From IMG/VR virus record IMGVR_UViG_3300021961_005289, positions 1 to 28,720 of that record: a stretch of DNA of 28,720 bases. One strand, given 5' to 3'. Positions 1 to 8,677 of this stretch are shown here, piece by piece. The notes below the pieces were generated by a model that saw only the letters and a list, made by a program, of their open reading frames with translations, ran no database searches and was not told the DNA's origin. Within the stretch, counting starts at the first letter, position 1, and each line of letters starts with the position of its first letter. This stretch comes from a virus (lineage: Duplodnaviria; Caudoviricetes). Made by a program: the position numbers and the translations under genes.

Positions 1-274
1 TGTGATCTGATGCGAAAGTCTTGATCACTGATATTGTCGGAACTCCGTTGAACTTCAACTTCTTTTCTATTATTTGGTTGTCGTCAATGTTGAATGCAAA
101 GAAGTGCAGATCAGAATACTTTTCGTCATTTGAAATATCAACATAATAGTCTTGTAGTGCGTGACACAAGTGACAGTTATTCGAGTAAAACTTAACTATA
201 CACGTTGAGTCTTCCTTTACTTGTCCTGCTAATATCTTGTTTAGTGCGTCTACCGACAGTCTATCCACGCTCAT
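1..274 (-). CDS. Thioredoxin-like protein (3' end runs off the window)
   Basis: Not in the ORF track. Manual translation from ATG at 274 gives MSVDRLSVDALNKILAGQVKEDSTCIVKFYSNNCHLCHAL...FAFNIDD...FNGVPTISVIK, with a CxxC after VKFY and the cis-Pro GVPT motif. Confidence 0.85.
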   Translation of the reverse strand, partial: MSVDRLSVDALNKILAGQVKEDSTCIVKFYSNNCHLCHALQDYYVDISNDEKYSDLHFFAFNIDDNQIIEKKLKFNGVPTISVIKTFASDH

Positions 275-509
275 TTTCTATTGCCTCCTTTGCTTTGGCG
301 ATGCAGTGAGGACAAAACAGCCTCACTACTTCTTGGCGCACGACAACATTCCATTCATTAACCATCTCTTTGTTTTTCTTATCAAATGGCTCTGCACACG
401 CACTACATTGTTCTGGTAGTTTGCTGAACAAAGCCACTTGTTGGCTCATCTTTTCTGCGCTGTCGCTGCCTGTCTGCTTACTCAGACTTCTTCTTAGTTT
501 TCGGTTCAC
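261..509 (-). CDS. Small hypothetical protein with two CxxC pairs (putative zinc ribbon)
   Basis: CSAC...FCPHC; overlaps both neighbours in operon fashion. Confidence 0.7.
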   Translation of the reverse strand: MNRKLRRSLSKQTGSDSAEKMSQQVALFSKLPEQCSACAEPFDKKNKEMVNEWNVVVRQEVVRLFCPHCIAKAKEAIENERG

Positions 510-867
510 TCTTCTTTCCTCTGACGCTCTTTCTGTACGTCGGTGATCTCTTTTCTAGCTCTTCGCCACGGAGCGGTGTGGGCTCTGGCTCTGGTTCTTG
601 CTCTTCTTGCGGTGCCTCTTGTGGTTGTGCTGTGGCTGGTGCTGCTTGTTGTACAGGTGGTGCCGGTTGTGGCTTGAGCGCAGGAGCATACTGCTGTAGC
701 GTCAGCATTGCGCCTTCGTATTCAACGAGAGCGAGAGCGTGGCGACAAATTGTATCCACCGTGTTTTCATCAGCAGGGCTCTGGTATGCCTGCTTAAGAA
801 GTCCGTATTGCTCAAGAGCCTTTGATTTAAGCCTTGTGATGGCTGCATTTAAAATTTCTTCGGTCAT
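478..867 (-). CDS. Hypothetical protein (helical N-terminus, Pro/Gln/Glu linker, basic tail)
   Basis: AAGGAG RBS upstream of the ATG; 129-aa ORF co-oriented with neighbours. Confidence 0.7.
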   Translation of the reverse strand: MTEEILNAAITRLKSKALEQYGLLKQAYQSPADENTVDTICRHALALVEYEGAMLTLQQYAPALKPQPAPPVQQAAPATAQPQEAPQEEQEPEPEPTPLRGEELEKRSPTYRKSVRGKKSEPKTKKKSE

Positions 868-878
868 TGTTATTCTCC

Positions 879-1352
879 TTATCGATTAATAGTTTCTACA
901 CGCCAAAGTTCTTCCCCTCCGTCAAAAACCACAACAGCCGAGGGGAATGGTGCGCTGTTGCTGCTATCTCCAAACTTAAGTCGTCCCTTTACAAAATGAA
1001 TCTCTGATGCCTTCATAACGTGGTCATGCCAATACTTTGTGTCTGTTCGTGCTGGGATAAGCATTACCACCTTTGTGTTCTCTTTTCGAGCAGATAGGCG
1101 ACCTTTCTCGATCCACCTATCGATACCTCGACCATAAGGAGGGTTTACGAACACTGTGTGCCCTGTCCAGTCCTTTGATAGTCCGTCTTCCGCTTCTGTG
1201 TAGAAGTTGGCACACTTAGTATTAAATGGAGTTGCGCAAGGATCTAAGTCAAACGGACCAAAACGCCAGTCTAACTTATCAAAGAAGTCCTGTGGTGTTG
1301 CCCAGTTTCCTGTTTTGGAACTGAACATGACTTTTTGTGTTGTTTCATCCAT
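879..1352 (-). CDS. Phage DNA N6-adenine methyltransferase (PF05869-type)
   Basis: Motifs WATPQDFF, DLDPCA, VFVNPPY, LIPARTDTKYWH. Start moved to MDETTQ at 1352 (GGAG RBS, overlap with the dUTPase stop). Confidence 0.9.
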   Translation of the reverse strand: MDETTQKVMFSSKTGNWATPQDFFDKLDWRFGPFDLDPCATPFNTKCANFYTEAEDGLSKDWTGHTVFVNPPYGRGIDRWIEKGRLSARKENTKVVMLIPARTDTKYWHDHVMKASEIHFVKGRLKFGDSSNSAPFPSAVVVFDGGEELWRVETINR

Positions 1353-1800
1353 CTGTACTCCCGAGGGCTCCGTCACCCCTATTGCTGATTGTCATTGGGT
1401 GTGCATATAGTTCAGACTCTTCTGTTAGCGTTGGACGAAAGTGAACCACTGGGGTTAGCACTAATTGTGCGATCTTATCGCCCGGTGAAATACATTGAAG
1501 CCTGCTGCCCACGTTGTGAAGATTGATGAACACCTCTCCGTCATAGCCAGAATCAATCACGCATGCACCAACAAGAAGCGATTTCTTTGCCGCCACACTG
1601 CTTCGATTTTTGACTTCCAGCATGTATCCATGTGGCACTCCGAACTTCAATCCCGTTTCAAGAATCTTGCTGTCACCGGGATGCAAAGCAACCGTAGTTG
1701 GATCCTCTGGACTATAAAACACATCAAGTCCAGCATCCGATGGGTTAGCACGGTCTGGTTCGTGCGCAGTCGAACGAACTTTAGCATATTCAATGATCAT
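1345..1800 (-). CDS. dut: Trimeric dUTPase
   Basis: All five motifs: DAGLDV, NRSS, VIDSGYDGE, GDKIAQLV, RGDGALGST. Confidence 0.95.
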   Translation of the reverse strand: MIIEYAKVRSTAHEPDRANPSDAGLDVFYSPEDPTTVALHPGDSKILETGLKFGVPHGYMLEVKNRSSVAAKKSLLVGACVIDSGYDGEVFINLHNVGSRLQCISPGDKIAQLVLTPVVHFRPTLTEESELYAHPMTISNRGDGALGSTDG

Positions 1801-2039
1801 TGGTCACCACTTCCATCAAACAACTTAAAGTTATCGTACACCTCTTCGATGTCGAACTTACCCTTGAACAAACGGTATGCCTTCACCGCTGCTCGAATTT
1901 CCTCTGTCGTGAGGTATCCGTTGCTTCGGAACTCCGTGCGCAACTCGCGTCGTTGTTCCTTGTAAGGCTCCATTGCCTCTTCAATCGCATTAAGGCTGCG
2001 AATATACTCCTTAACATATTGCTTCTTTTGGTCAGACAT
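1797..2039 (-). CDS. Small helical DNA-binding protein, probably GapR/DUF2312 or T4 DsbA-like
   Basis: Start reassigned to MSDQKK at 2039 (AAGGAGG RBS). Pattern YIRSLNAIEEAMEPYKEQRRELRTEFRSNGY..IRAAVKAYRL resembles this family. Confidence 0.6.
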   Translation of the reverse strand: MSDQKKQYVKEYIRSLNAIEEAMEPYKEQRRELRTEFRSNGYLTTEEIRAAVKAYRLFKGKFDIEEVYDNFKLFDGSGDQ

Positions 2040-2064
2040 TGACCCTCCTTTTAGTAACATATAA

Positions 2065-2093
2065 AGTATAACTGGTAGCTTCTTACTCGTCAA
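2065..2093 (-). promoter_or_regulatory. Sigma70-type promoter
   Basis: TTGACG-17 nt-TATACT upstream of the AAGGAGG RBS. Confidence 0.7.
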
Positions 2094-2844
2094 CAGTTTT
2101 TTGTATGTTTATTCCGAAAAGTTGTCTCATAAACCTTGCGACCAGATCGTCTTTTTCTTCTTCTGTTTCGCATTCTGAGAAAAGATAATTATAAGTTTGC
2201 TTTGCTGCGTGTACTGAGTTTTCCAAGGTTACTATTTGTGCTTTCATCCATCTTATTTGCTGTTTGTAGTTTCTAGGTGTCGTAACATTCAACTCATTCG
2301 CTATTTCAAGCAAAACGTGGTATTGTTTCTTGTCGAGGGCTTGTTTAGCAGAGTTAAACTTCTCAACTTTGTCTCTTCTTTCTTCGTCTGACTTTATCTT
2401 GGACAACTTATCGGGGTGTAGTTCCATCGCCAGTCTCCTGAAGAGTTTATTAAATGACTCGTGCATCTCTTTATCGTCTTGAGTCATTTGATATTCGTTC
2501 GGTGACTCTCCCTCGTTGCTCTCGTCGTTTTCGTCGTCTTCTGCTGTCGTATATACAGGAGGCTGAGTATATCGTATCATTTGCTGAATGTCTTGGAGCA
2601 ACTGAGTTGTTTGCTGCACACCTTGTGGTCGATCATCGATGCCGTACATTCTTCTTATTCTTTCTTCGTTCTGCGCATTGAGTTCCTGTATATCAATTTC
2701 TAATTTCTTACAGAACTGATCGTAGTGGTCGTTGAACTCTGCGGAAGACTTTTCAATTATATCTTGCAGATACTCGTTCTCTTCGTGAAGATAAGTTACT
2801 TTATTGACCAACCTTTGCCATCTTAATTTTAATGTAGCAGACAT
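2083..2844 (-). CDS. J-domain (DnaJ-like) protein with coiled-coil flanks
   Basis: FRRLAMELHPDK...EKFNSAKQAL: HPD motif between J-domain helices II and III. Confidence 0.8.
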   Translation of the reverse strand: MSATLKLRWQRLVNKVTYLHEENEYLQDIIEKSSAEFNDHYDQFCKKLEIDIQELNAQNEERIRRMYGIDDRPQGVQQTTQLLQDIQQMIRYTQPPVYTTAEDDENDESNEGESPNEYQMTQDDKEMHESFNKLFRRLAMELHPDKLSKIKSDEERRDKVEKFNSAKQALDKKQYHVLLEIANELNVTTPRNYKQQIRWMKAQIVTLENSVHAAKQTYNYLFSECETEEEKDDLVARFMRQLFGINIQKTVDE

Positions 2845-2879
2845 TGAAAAACCCTCACTATAAATAGGGCTATATTAAA

Positions 2880-3485
2880 CTACTTAAAGTCAAACTTGAC
2901 TCTTGCCTCTATTTTAAACTCTGGGACGTGTAAGTGGTTGGCTAAGTTGTGCTTTTTGCACTCGTCGGCATCAAGAAACCAGTCGGCGTGACCTTTTTCG
3001 TGGACGATATCTAAGAAATAGTCCTTATGATGTCCACAGTTTTCAGCCATCATCTCAAAGATCTTCTTGTTGAGGCGATCTGCTTCTGCTGTTGATGCTT
3101 TCATTTCTTCGATCTTGTCCCAAGCCATAGCACTCACTTCGTGAATCATAATAGTAGCGTCAGGATCCATATATCGCATACCTTCTGCACCGAATGAGAA
3201 TAATATTGCACCACAAGACATCGCCTTACCTTCGACGATAGTAGCGACAGGAATGCGACTGTGTTTGATGTTTGAGATCATGGACATTAAACTATACACT
3301 TGCCCACCATAGCTATCAATAACAACCGGCAATACTGGCTGTCCTGTGGTTTGTGCTTTCGCAACCGCAGCGGAGAATGCTCTCGCTGTTGCTTCGTCAA
3401 ATTTATTGACTCTTGCGACGATCGGAAGACCATCTATGAATGCCGGCTCTTTGAGAAGTGGGCTAAATGTTTTAAGTACGTTCAT
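2880..3485 (-). CDS. clpP: ClpP-family serine protease
   Basis: IDSYGGQV, GKAMSCGAIL (catalytic Ser), IMIHE (His), DWFLDADE (Asp). Confidence 0.9.
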   Translation of the reverse strand: MNVLKTFSPLLKEPAFIDGLPIVARVNKFDEATARAFSAAVAKAQTTGQPVLPVVIDSYGGQVYSLMSMISNIKHSRIPVATIVEGKAMSCGAILFSFGAEGMRYMDPDATIMIHEVSAMAWDKIEEMKASTAEADRLNKKIFEMMAENCGHHKDYFLDIVHEKGHADWFLDADECKKHNLANHLHVPEFKIEARVKFDFK

Positions 3486-3489
3486 GATA

Positions 3490-6400
3490 TTATCCTAATA
3501 GTTTGAAGTTCCGCCACATCGCAAACGTAGAAAACCCCCAGTTTTCATCATAATCAAGTTTCGCCATGTAGGGTCGGTTAAGTTGCACTCGATCCTTTTC
3601 AGGATTAATGCCCCAGCACCTAATTCTAGTTAGTTCATTGTTGGAGTCAATGACTTCAAGGATCCAATAAAGTTTGCCTTTCTTTGTTTTCTTCTCGTTG
3701 ACTTTGCGAGGAATAAACCAGCACACTTGCAGATCCGGGTCAAACTCTGAGATAGGTGGAATAAACCGATCTTGAAGGTTTTGGATCGTCTGTGGTGTGA
3801 TAACCAAGTTGATCGGGAAGACACCTGTGAGGTCGGTCTTGAACTGAATTATCTCTTCCTCGGAGAAGTCGCCCTCTGGTCGATAAAGATCCAAGTTCTC
3901 TTGGAACTTCTTCAAGTTCTTTGGTCGATCCACAACACACGTTGACCAGAAGTGCTTACGTCCTGTGAAGCGGTCATCCACGATCTTATCCAAAGCGCCG
4001 CCCCTACACAGAGCGTCAAGAGCCTTCTTATTCAACTTGCTGTATGATACTCCTTCTCGGAACAAAAGGTCTTCTGCGTTCATAAACGGACGGTTGGTAA
4101 GCACTTGTTCAATTGCTGACTCGCCAAGACCTTTGATCGATGAGAGCGGTTGAATAAGCGTGTTGCCGTCTTCGGAGATCTCCCACACCATACCTGACTT
4201 GTTGATGTCTAGCGGTGCGATAGAGAAACCATACTGCTTTGCGATGTTGATGGCGTGCTCTTTGCGCGCTTCTGGCTCCTTGTCCAAGAATGCAGCCATC
4301 CATTCGGCAGGATAGTAGTTCCACAGCCACGCACACTGGAAGGAGATAATAGAGTAAGACACAGCGTGTGACTTGTTGAAGCCGTAGCCTGAGAAGTATT
4401 CAAACTTATCCCAGAGTGCTTGTGCTTCGTCTCTATTGATCTTGTTTGCAACACAGCCATTGATAAACTTCGTGTGCAGAATGTCCTTCACGGAGCCTTT
4501 GCCTGTTCCCTTCTTCGTCAGCACCTTGCGGAGCATATTGCCTTCATCGAGCGTCAAACCACCCAACTTGTGAGCAAGCAGTGCGATCTGCTCTTGGAAG
4601 ATAAGGAACCCGAAAGTTTCTTGCGTGATGTCGTGTGCATCGTCGTTAAGATACTTGATGTAGTGCGGGTTCTCCTTTGCCTCAACGTATTCATCGTGGA
4701 CGTTTGCAGCCAAAGGACCGGGACGATAGATAGATGTGATAGCGGACACGTCAATAATATTACGTGGCTTTGCTCTCTCACAGAACTTTTGAGCGCCGGA
4801 CTCTGTGAACTGGAAGACGCCTGCCCACTTACCTGCGTGGAAGATATTCTCATAGACTTGTTGGTCATTTAGATCGATAACATCTGGATGCAAGTTCTTT
4901 TCGTAGTAGTCTCGGATCTGTGCGAACGTTGGGTTTTGGATATTGTGATGACGCTTGAGAATGTGGTAGATTGCGCCTTCCATCATCTTTAGTGTAGAAA
5001 GACCCAACAGATCGAACTTAATGAAACCCATCGGTTCAAGATGTCGGACGTTCTGACCTTCTGCCCATGGTGCTTGACGGACACCGCCAGAGTTGATCAG
5101 AGGCATGTTCTTGTCCAAGTTCTCTGCGATAACCACACCACCAGCGTGACGAGAGCACGACCGAACCTGACCAACAAGACCTTCAACGTGTGTCTTGACT
5201 GCTGGGTGTGCTGCAAGATACTTTTGCAGCGTTGGAGAGAACTCCATCACCTCTTCCCAAGTCGGCGCATACACACCAGCCTTGATGCCGTGCTTCTGCT
5301 TTGCAAGTGGTGTAGCCTCACGCATCATAATAGATGTGACGGTATTCACTTCTGTGAAAGGAATATCGTACAACTTAGAGATGTCCTTGATTAAAGACTT
5401 CAATTGAAGAGTGTTCCAGTTTGAGATTGGAGCAACACAGTCCTCGCCCCACATCTCAACCAGCTTTTCCTTCAAGGTCATACTATCGGACACATCATAG
5501 TCAATATCTGGATAGTCTGTTGCATCAGACCGCAAGAAACGAGAGAACAGAAGACCATTCTTGATAGGATCGACTTGCGTGATGTTAAGTGCGTATGCTA
5601 CCAGAGAACCTGCGGCAGAGCCACGACCCGGACCTGTGAGCATCATGTCGGTTGCTACATCGACAATAGACTTCATTGTAAGGAAATACTTTGAGAAGCC
5701 TCGGTCATCAATAACATTCAACTCTTGACGGAGGCGATCTGTGTATTGCTTGTTTGTGTGTAGTCCCTTGTCTTTGAGTCCTTCAAGCGCAAAGTTAACA
5801 AGTGCTTGTGTCGCCGTGAAACCTGCCGGCACAACAAACTCGGGCAAACGAACGGTGTTGTCGGGCATAAACGACTCGATGCGCTCGAATGCGATGCGAT
5901 GAGTTTCCTCGATAGAGCGAAGAATAAGCCCATCATCATATTCAAATCCACAAGAGTCAGAGTATTGCTTATAACTCTCCCACATCTGGTCGCCGTTCTT
6001 TGGATACAATTCGTATCCGATCTCCTCAACGCCTTCTGGGAGTTGTGACTCTTCTTCTGCCCAAGAGGGACGACCCTTACCAAGCCAACCAAGACGCTTG
6101 TAAAGTTCACGGTCCTTCCAAGCATCAGGGTTGGGGTAATGGCTGTCGGCTGTCGTGACCAGTCCAACGCCAAACTCGGTAGCAACTTGAATAACAAACT
6201 GGTTAAGTTCGTGTTGCTCTTTAATGTTATTCCACTGCACCTCGGCATACCAACGGTCACCAAAGATATCGATCATATTGCGGGTTGTCTCGCGCATTGC
6301 TTCAAGAACTGCCTCTGGTCCCTCCTCACGGTTCTCCCAGTAGTTTCCAGCATATACGCCCCCAAGACAAGCAGAAGACGCAATGATGCCCTCGTTATAC

Positions 6401-6921
6401 TTCTTTAACAGTGCATAGTCAATGCGTGGATAGCGATAGAAGTTTTCTGGCTGGTATGACTCTGATACCAACTTGAACAAGTTATTAAGACCTGTTTGGT
6501 TTTGTGCGAGAAGTACAAGGTGACGGCGGCGTTTAAGAATGCCTTGGGTCTTCTTGCTGTCGCCCTCATCCTCGACGGTTGCGCCTGACTGCTCGTCTTT
6601 CTTGATAGAGCGTGCTGCCTTCTTGTCTTCCATTGCCTTTTCGTATGCTTCGCGCCAGTCTGCGATAGAAGGCGTGAAATATGCCTCACAACCAAAGATA
6701 GGCTTGAAGTCCTTGCCGGCTTCCTGCATCTTCTTGGCGTGTAAAACTTGATATGCAAGTCCGTTCATATTGCCGTGGTCTGTAAGCGCCAGTGCGTCAC
6801 AGCCGTTTGCATACGCAAAGTCAGCGTGTTCGCCCGGATAGCCGATAGCATCAAAAATAGAGCCTGCGACAGAGTGTGCGTGCAGACCAACAAACTTAAT
6901 TTTGGAAACCTTTCTTTCCAT
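3490..6921 (-). CDS. dnaE: DNA polymerase III alpha subunit (family C, DnaE type)
   Basis: PHP domain (HAHS, TDHGN, GCEAY, HLVLLA, SACLGG, DSHY), GPGRGSAAGSLVAY, catalytic PDIDYD, RHAGGV, KFDLLGL, YGFNKSH, HhH IKGLG and a C-terminal OB-like region. Confidence 0.97.
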   Translation of the reverse strand: MERKVSKIKFVGLHAHSVAGSIFDAIGYPGEHADFAYANGCDALALTDHGNMNGLAYQVLHAKKMQEAGKDFKPIFGCEAYFTPSIADWREAYEKAMEDKKAARSIKKDEQSGATVEDEGDSKKTQGILKRRRHLVLLAQNQTGLNNLFKLVSESYQPENFYRYPRIDYALLKKYNEGIIASSACLGGVYAGNYWENREEGPEAVLEAMRETTRNMIDIFGDRWYAEVQWNNIKEQHELNQFVIQVATEFGVGLVTTADSHYPNPDAWKDRELYKRLGWLGKGRPSWAEEESQLPEGVEEIGYELYPKNGDQMWESYKQYSDSCGFEYDDGLILRSIEETHRIAFERIESFMPDNTVRLPEFVVPAGFTATQALVNFALEGLKDKGLHTNKQYTDRLRQELNVIDDRGFSKYFLTMKSIVDVATDMMLTGPGRGSAAGSLVAYALNITQVDPIKNGLLFSRFLRSDATDYPDIDYDVSDSMTLKEKLVEMWGEDCVAPISNWNTLQLKSLIKDISKLYDIPFTEVNTVTSIMMREATPLAKQKHGIKAGVYAPTWEEVMEFSPTLQKYLAAHPAVKTHVEGLVGQVRSCSRHAGGVVIAENLDKNMPLINSGGVRQAPWAEGQNVRHLEPMGFIKFDLLGLSTLKMMEGAIYHILKRHHNIQNPTFAQIRDYYEKNLHPDVIDLNDQQVYENIFHAGKWAGVFQFTESGAQKFCERAKPRNIIDVSAITSIYRPGPLAANVHDEYVEAKENPHYIKYLNDDAHDITQETFGFLIFQEQIALLAHKLGGLTLDEGNMLRKVLTKKGTGKGSVKDILHTKFINGCVANKINRDEAQALWDKFEYFSGYGFNKSHAVSYSIISFQCAWLWNYYPAEWMAAFLDKEPEARKEHAINIAKQYGFSIAPLDINKSGMVWEISEDGNTLIQPLSSIKGLGESAIEQVLTNRPFMNAEDLLFREGVSYSKLNKKALDALCRGGALDKIVDDRFTGRKHFWSTCVVDRPKNLKKFQENLDLYRPEGDFSEEEIIQFKTDLTGVFPINLVITPQTIQNLQDRFIPPISEFDPDLQVCWFIPRKVNEKKTKKGKLYWILEVIDSNNELTRIRCWGINPEKDRVQLNRPYMAKLDYDENWGFSTFAMWRNFKLLG

Positions 6922-7805
6922 TAGTCCTCCTCAGTATATGGTATTTTAACGTGTCTGTGGGGCTTTGTCAAGCCCTCATAGGGTCTTTTTATTAAGTTAT
7001 CTGAACCTATGTAGGCGACATAGTTATCCCACTCGGAGGCATCATAGAACCAGTCTATTTCAAATTTACTTGCGGTTTCTGCGTCTAGTTTTAGCGGTTG
7101 AAAGATTTCGCTCAGAGGGAAGAACCGTGCTGACCATCTCTCTTTCAGAGGCAACTTCTCCGAAGGGTACTGCTGGGATGGTAAAGGGGGTAAAAATTCC
7201 CGTGATGTCGTCTTGTTGATGTGGCGTCTGCATTTTTTGAAGTCCTCTCCTGTCATAGTAAAAGAAAGAAGCAGGTCATCTTTTACTGTTTTGTTCCCAT
7301 AAGTATAGAAAAAATTCTTTTTCTTATCTTTTATTTGTTTTCTGTGTTCTCTGACCGCCTTTATGTTGAAAAGTCCCATTGGGAAAGAAATGTAATATTT
7401 CTGTGGAACTATCCAGCGTGAAAGTTTGTAAGATGTTCTCCATGCGCTGTGAATACCGTGTATTACAGACCACCCGTAAGAATCGCGTCTGTCGCGGTCC
7501 TTTGGATGTATGGGGACGTAGTAAATAGGTATTTCTTTTCTTTGTTCCTGATAAAATTTGCTGAAATTTCGGGCATAATACACTGGATCATAAGTCCACT
7601 CACCCACGATTTTGCGGATCAAAGGTATCATATCGTCATTCGCCACTATCCATATTGTACTGCACCCGGCGGTCGCACATTCGTGAACCGACTTCTGAAT
7701 TGCAGAAAACCCATTGTCCACAGGCAATAAAACCTCTGGATATGGGGTGTCGTGGTTTGTTTTGATGTTCGCTATTGGAACTATGCCGGCTAGATGTAGT
7801 CGCAT
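6921..7805 (-). CDS. Sugar-nucleotidyltransferase-fold protein with degenerate glycine motif
   Basis: AGIVPIA...PYPEVLLPVDNG.SAIQKSV.EC..AGCSTIWIV follows the NTP_transferase N-terminal pattern but lacks GxGTR. Confidence 0.6.
   Translation of the reverse strand: MRLHLAGIVPIANIKTNHDTPYPEVLLPVDNGFSAIQKSVHECATAGCSTIWIVANDDMIPLIRKIVGEWTYDPVYYARNFSKFYQEQRKEIPIYYVPIHPKDRDRRDSYGWSVIHGIHSAWRTSYKLSRWIVPQKYYISFPMGLFNIKAVREHRKQIKDKKKNFFYTYGNKTVKDDLLLSFTMTGEDFKKCRRHINKTTSREFLPPLPSQQYPSEKLPLKERWSARFFPLSEIFQPLKLDAETASKFEIDWFYDASEWDNYVAYIGSDNLIKRPYEGLTKPHRHVKIPYTEED
6943..6971 (-). promoter_or_regulatory. Sigma70-type promoter for dnaE, inside the upstream gene's 3' end
   Basis: TTGACA-17 nt-TAAAAT followed by AGGAGG and the ATG. 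Confidence 0.75.
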
Positions 7806-8677
7806 CTTAAATTCTCAAACTCTCGTAGTCCTACTTGGTTCAGCAACTCTAACAATTCTTGTATTGTTTGGCTGTTGGCTTTTACGTTTTCTGTTTCTTG
7901 CCAAGTAGGCTCTGCTAAATTTATCTTCTCTCTGTTGATATATGATGTTCTAAACCTGTAATGCTTTGGTTTCCCAGTTGGGCTATAACAGTTTAGCGGA
8001 CCTTTCATTCCGTGATCATATAAAGTTTGTTCTAACTTAAACCGAGCCATTGTCTCGGAATAGTCTGGGTGCTGTATTTGTTCTTTTGTTAGCCTTGACA
8101 AGACACAAGCATCTTTAACGCCAGTATTCCCATCAATTCGGTCAGATGAATAGAACCATATCTCGCCCACAAAATCATCGCCTGTGGATATGTAATCAAC
8201 TTCATGTTTACCTCCTCTGTTAAACGCAATATAATCATAACATATATATTCTGCTTTTGTCTCACTTTCAAAGTCAATTAAGCCAGAAATATTGTTGTCT
8301 CCAAAATAATAACAAGTATCAAAATGGAATTCATATATTTTTGAGTAATCGTTCGTGCAAACAATTTTCTCTCCGTCGTATCTTATTTTTTCGCATAGGC
8401 TGCTCAAAGGCATGTGCCCACGCAAGGACATTAAAAACGCCAACCTTTCCCATAGGAAATACTTTGGTGTTCCAACTTGCTTGGTTCCAGTTGGCGTTTT
8501 CAGTTCGCTTATCATCGTCGGTACTCCGACACTACCAAGTTCAATGGCAGGATCGAAGTAGTCGAAACGATTTGGAAGCCTTGGTTCTGTAAAGAATATT
8601 GGGTAGTCGTTCACATAGGCGAACAACACTGCTTTCAGGTCTGAGCCAACTACTATATTCTCGTAACTACGTATCAA
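7790..8677 (-). CDS. Hypothetical protein with degenerate Rossmann (FAD/NAD)-like N-terminus
   Basis: YENIVVGSDLKAVLFAY resembles a beta-alpha dinucleotide-binding start, but only the first Gly is kept. Confidence 0.5.
   Translation of the reverse strand: MIRSYENIVVGSDLKAVLFAYVNDYPIFFTEPRLPNRFDYFDPAIELGSVGVPTMISELKTPTGTKQVGTPKYFLWERLAFLMSLRGHMPLSSLCEKIRYDGEKIVCTNDYSKIYEFHFDTCYYFGDNNISGLIDFESETKAEYICYDYIAFNRGGKHEVDYISTGDDFVGEIWFYSSDRIDGNTGVKDACVLSRLTKEQIQHPDYSETMARFKLEQTLYDHGMKGPLNCYSPTGKPKHYRFRTSYINREKINLAEPTWQETENVKANSQTIQELLELLNQVGLREFENLRCDYI

Noticed and set aside
578-889. Cys/Gly-rich plus-strand ORF resembling a metallothionein or RiPP precursor
   Set aside because: It is the reverse complement of the Pro/Gln/Ala-rich linker of 478-867, which explains the composition.
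2859-2866. TATAAATA, the T4 late-promoter consensus
   Set aside because: It is on the plus strand, opposite to all genes, and I noticed only this one intergenic copy. The minus-strand reading CTATTTATA could be a phage-specific promoter but cannot be supported from one copy.
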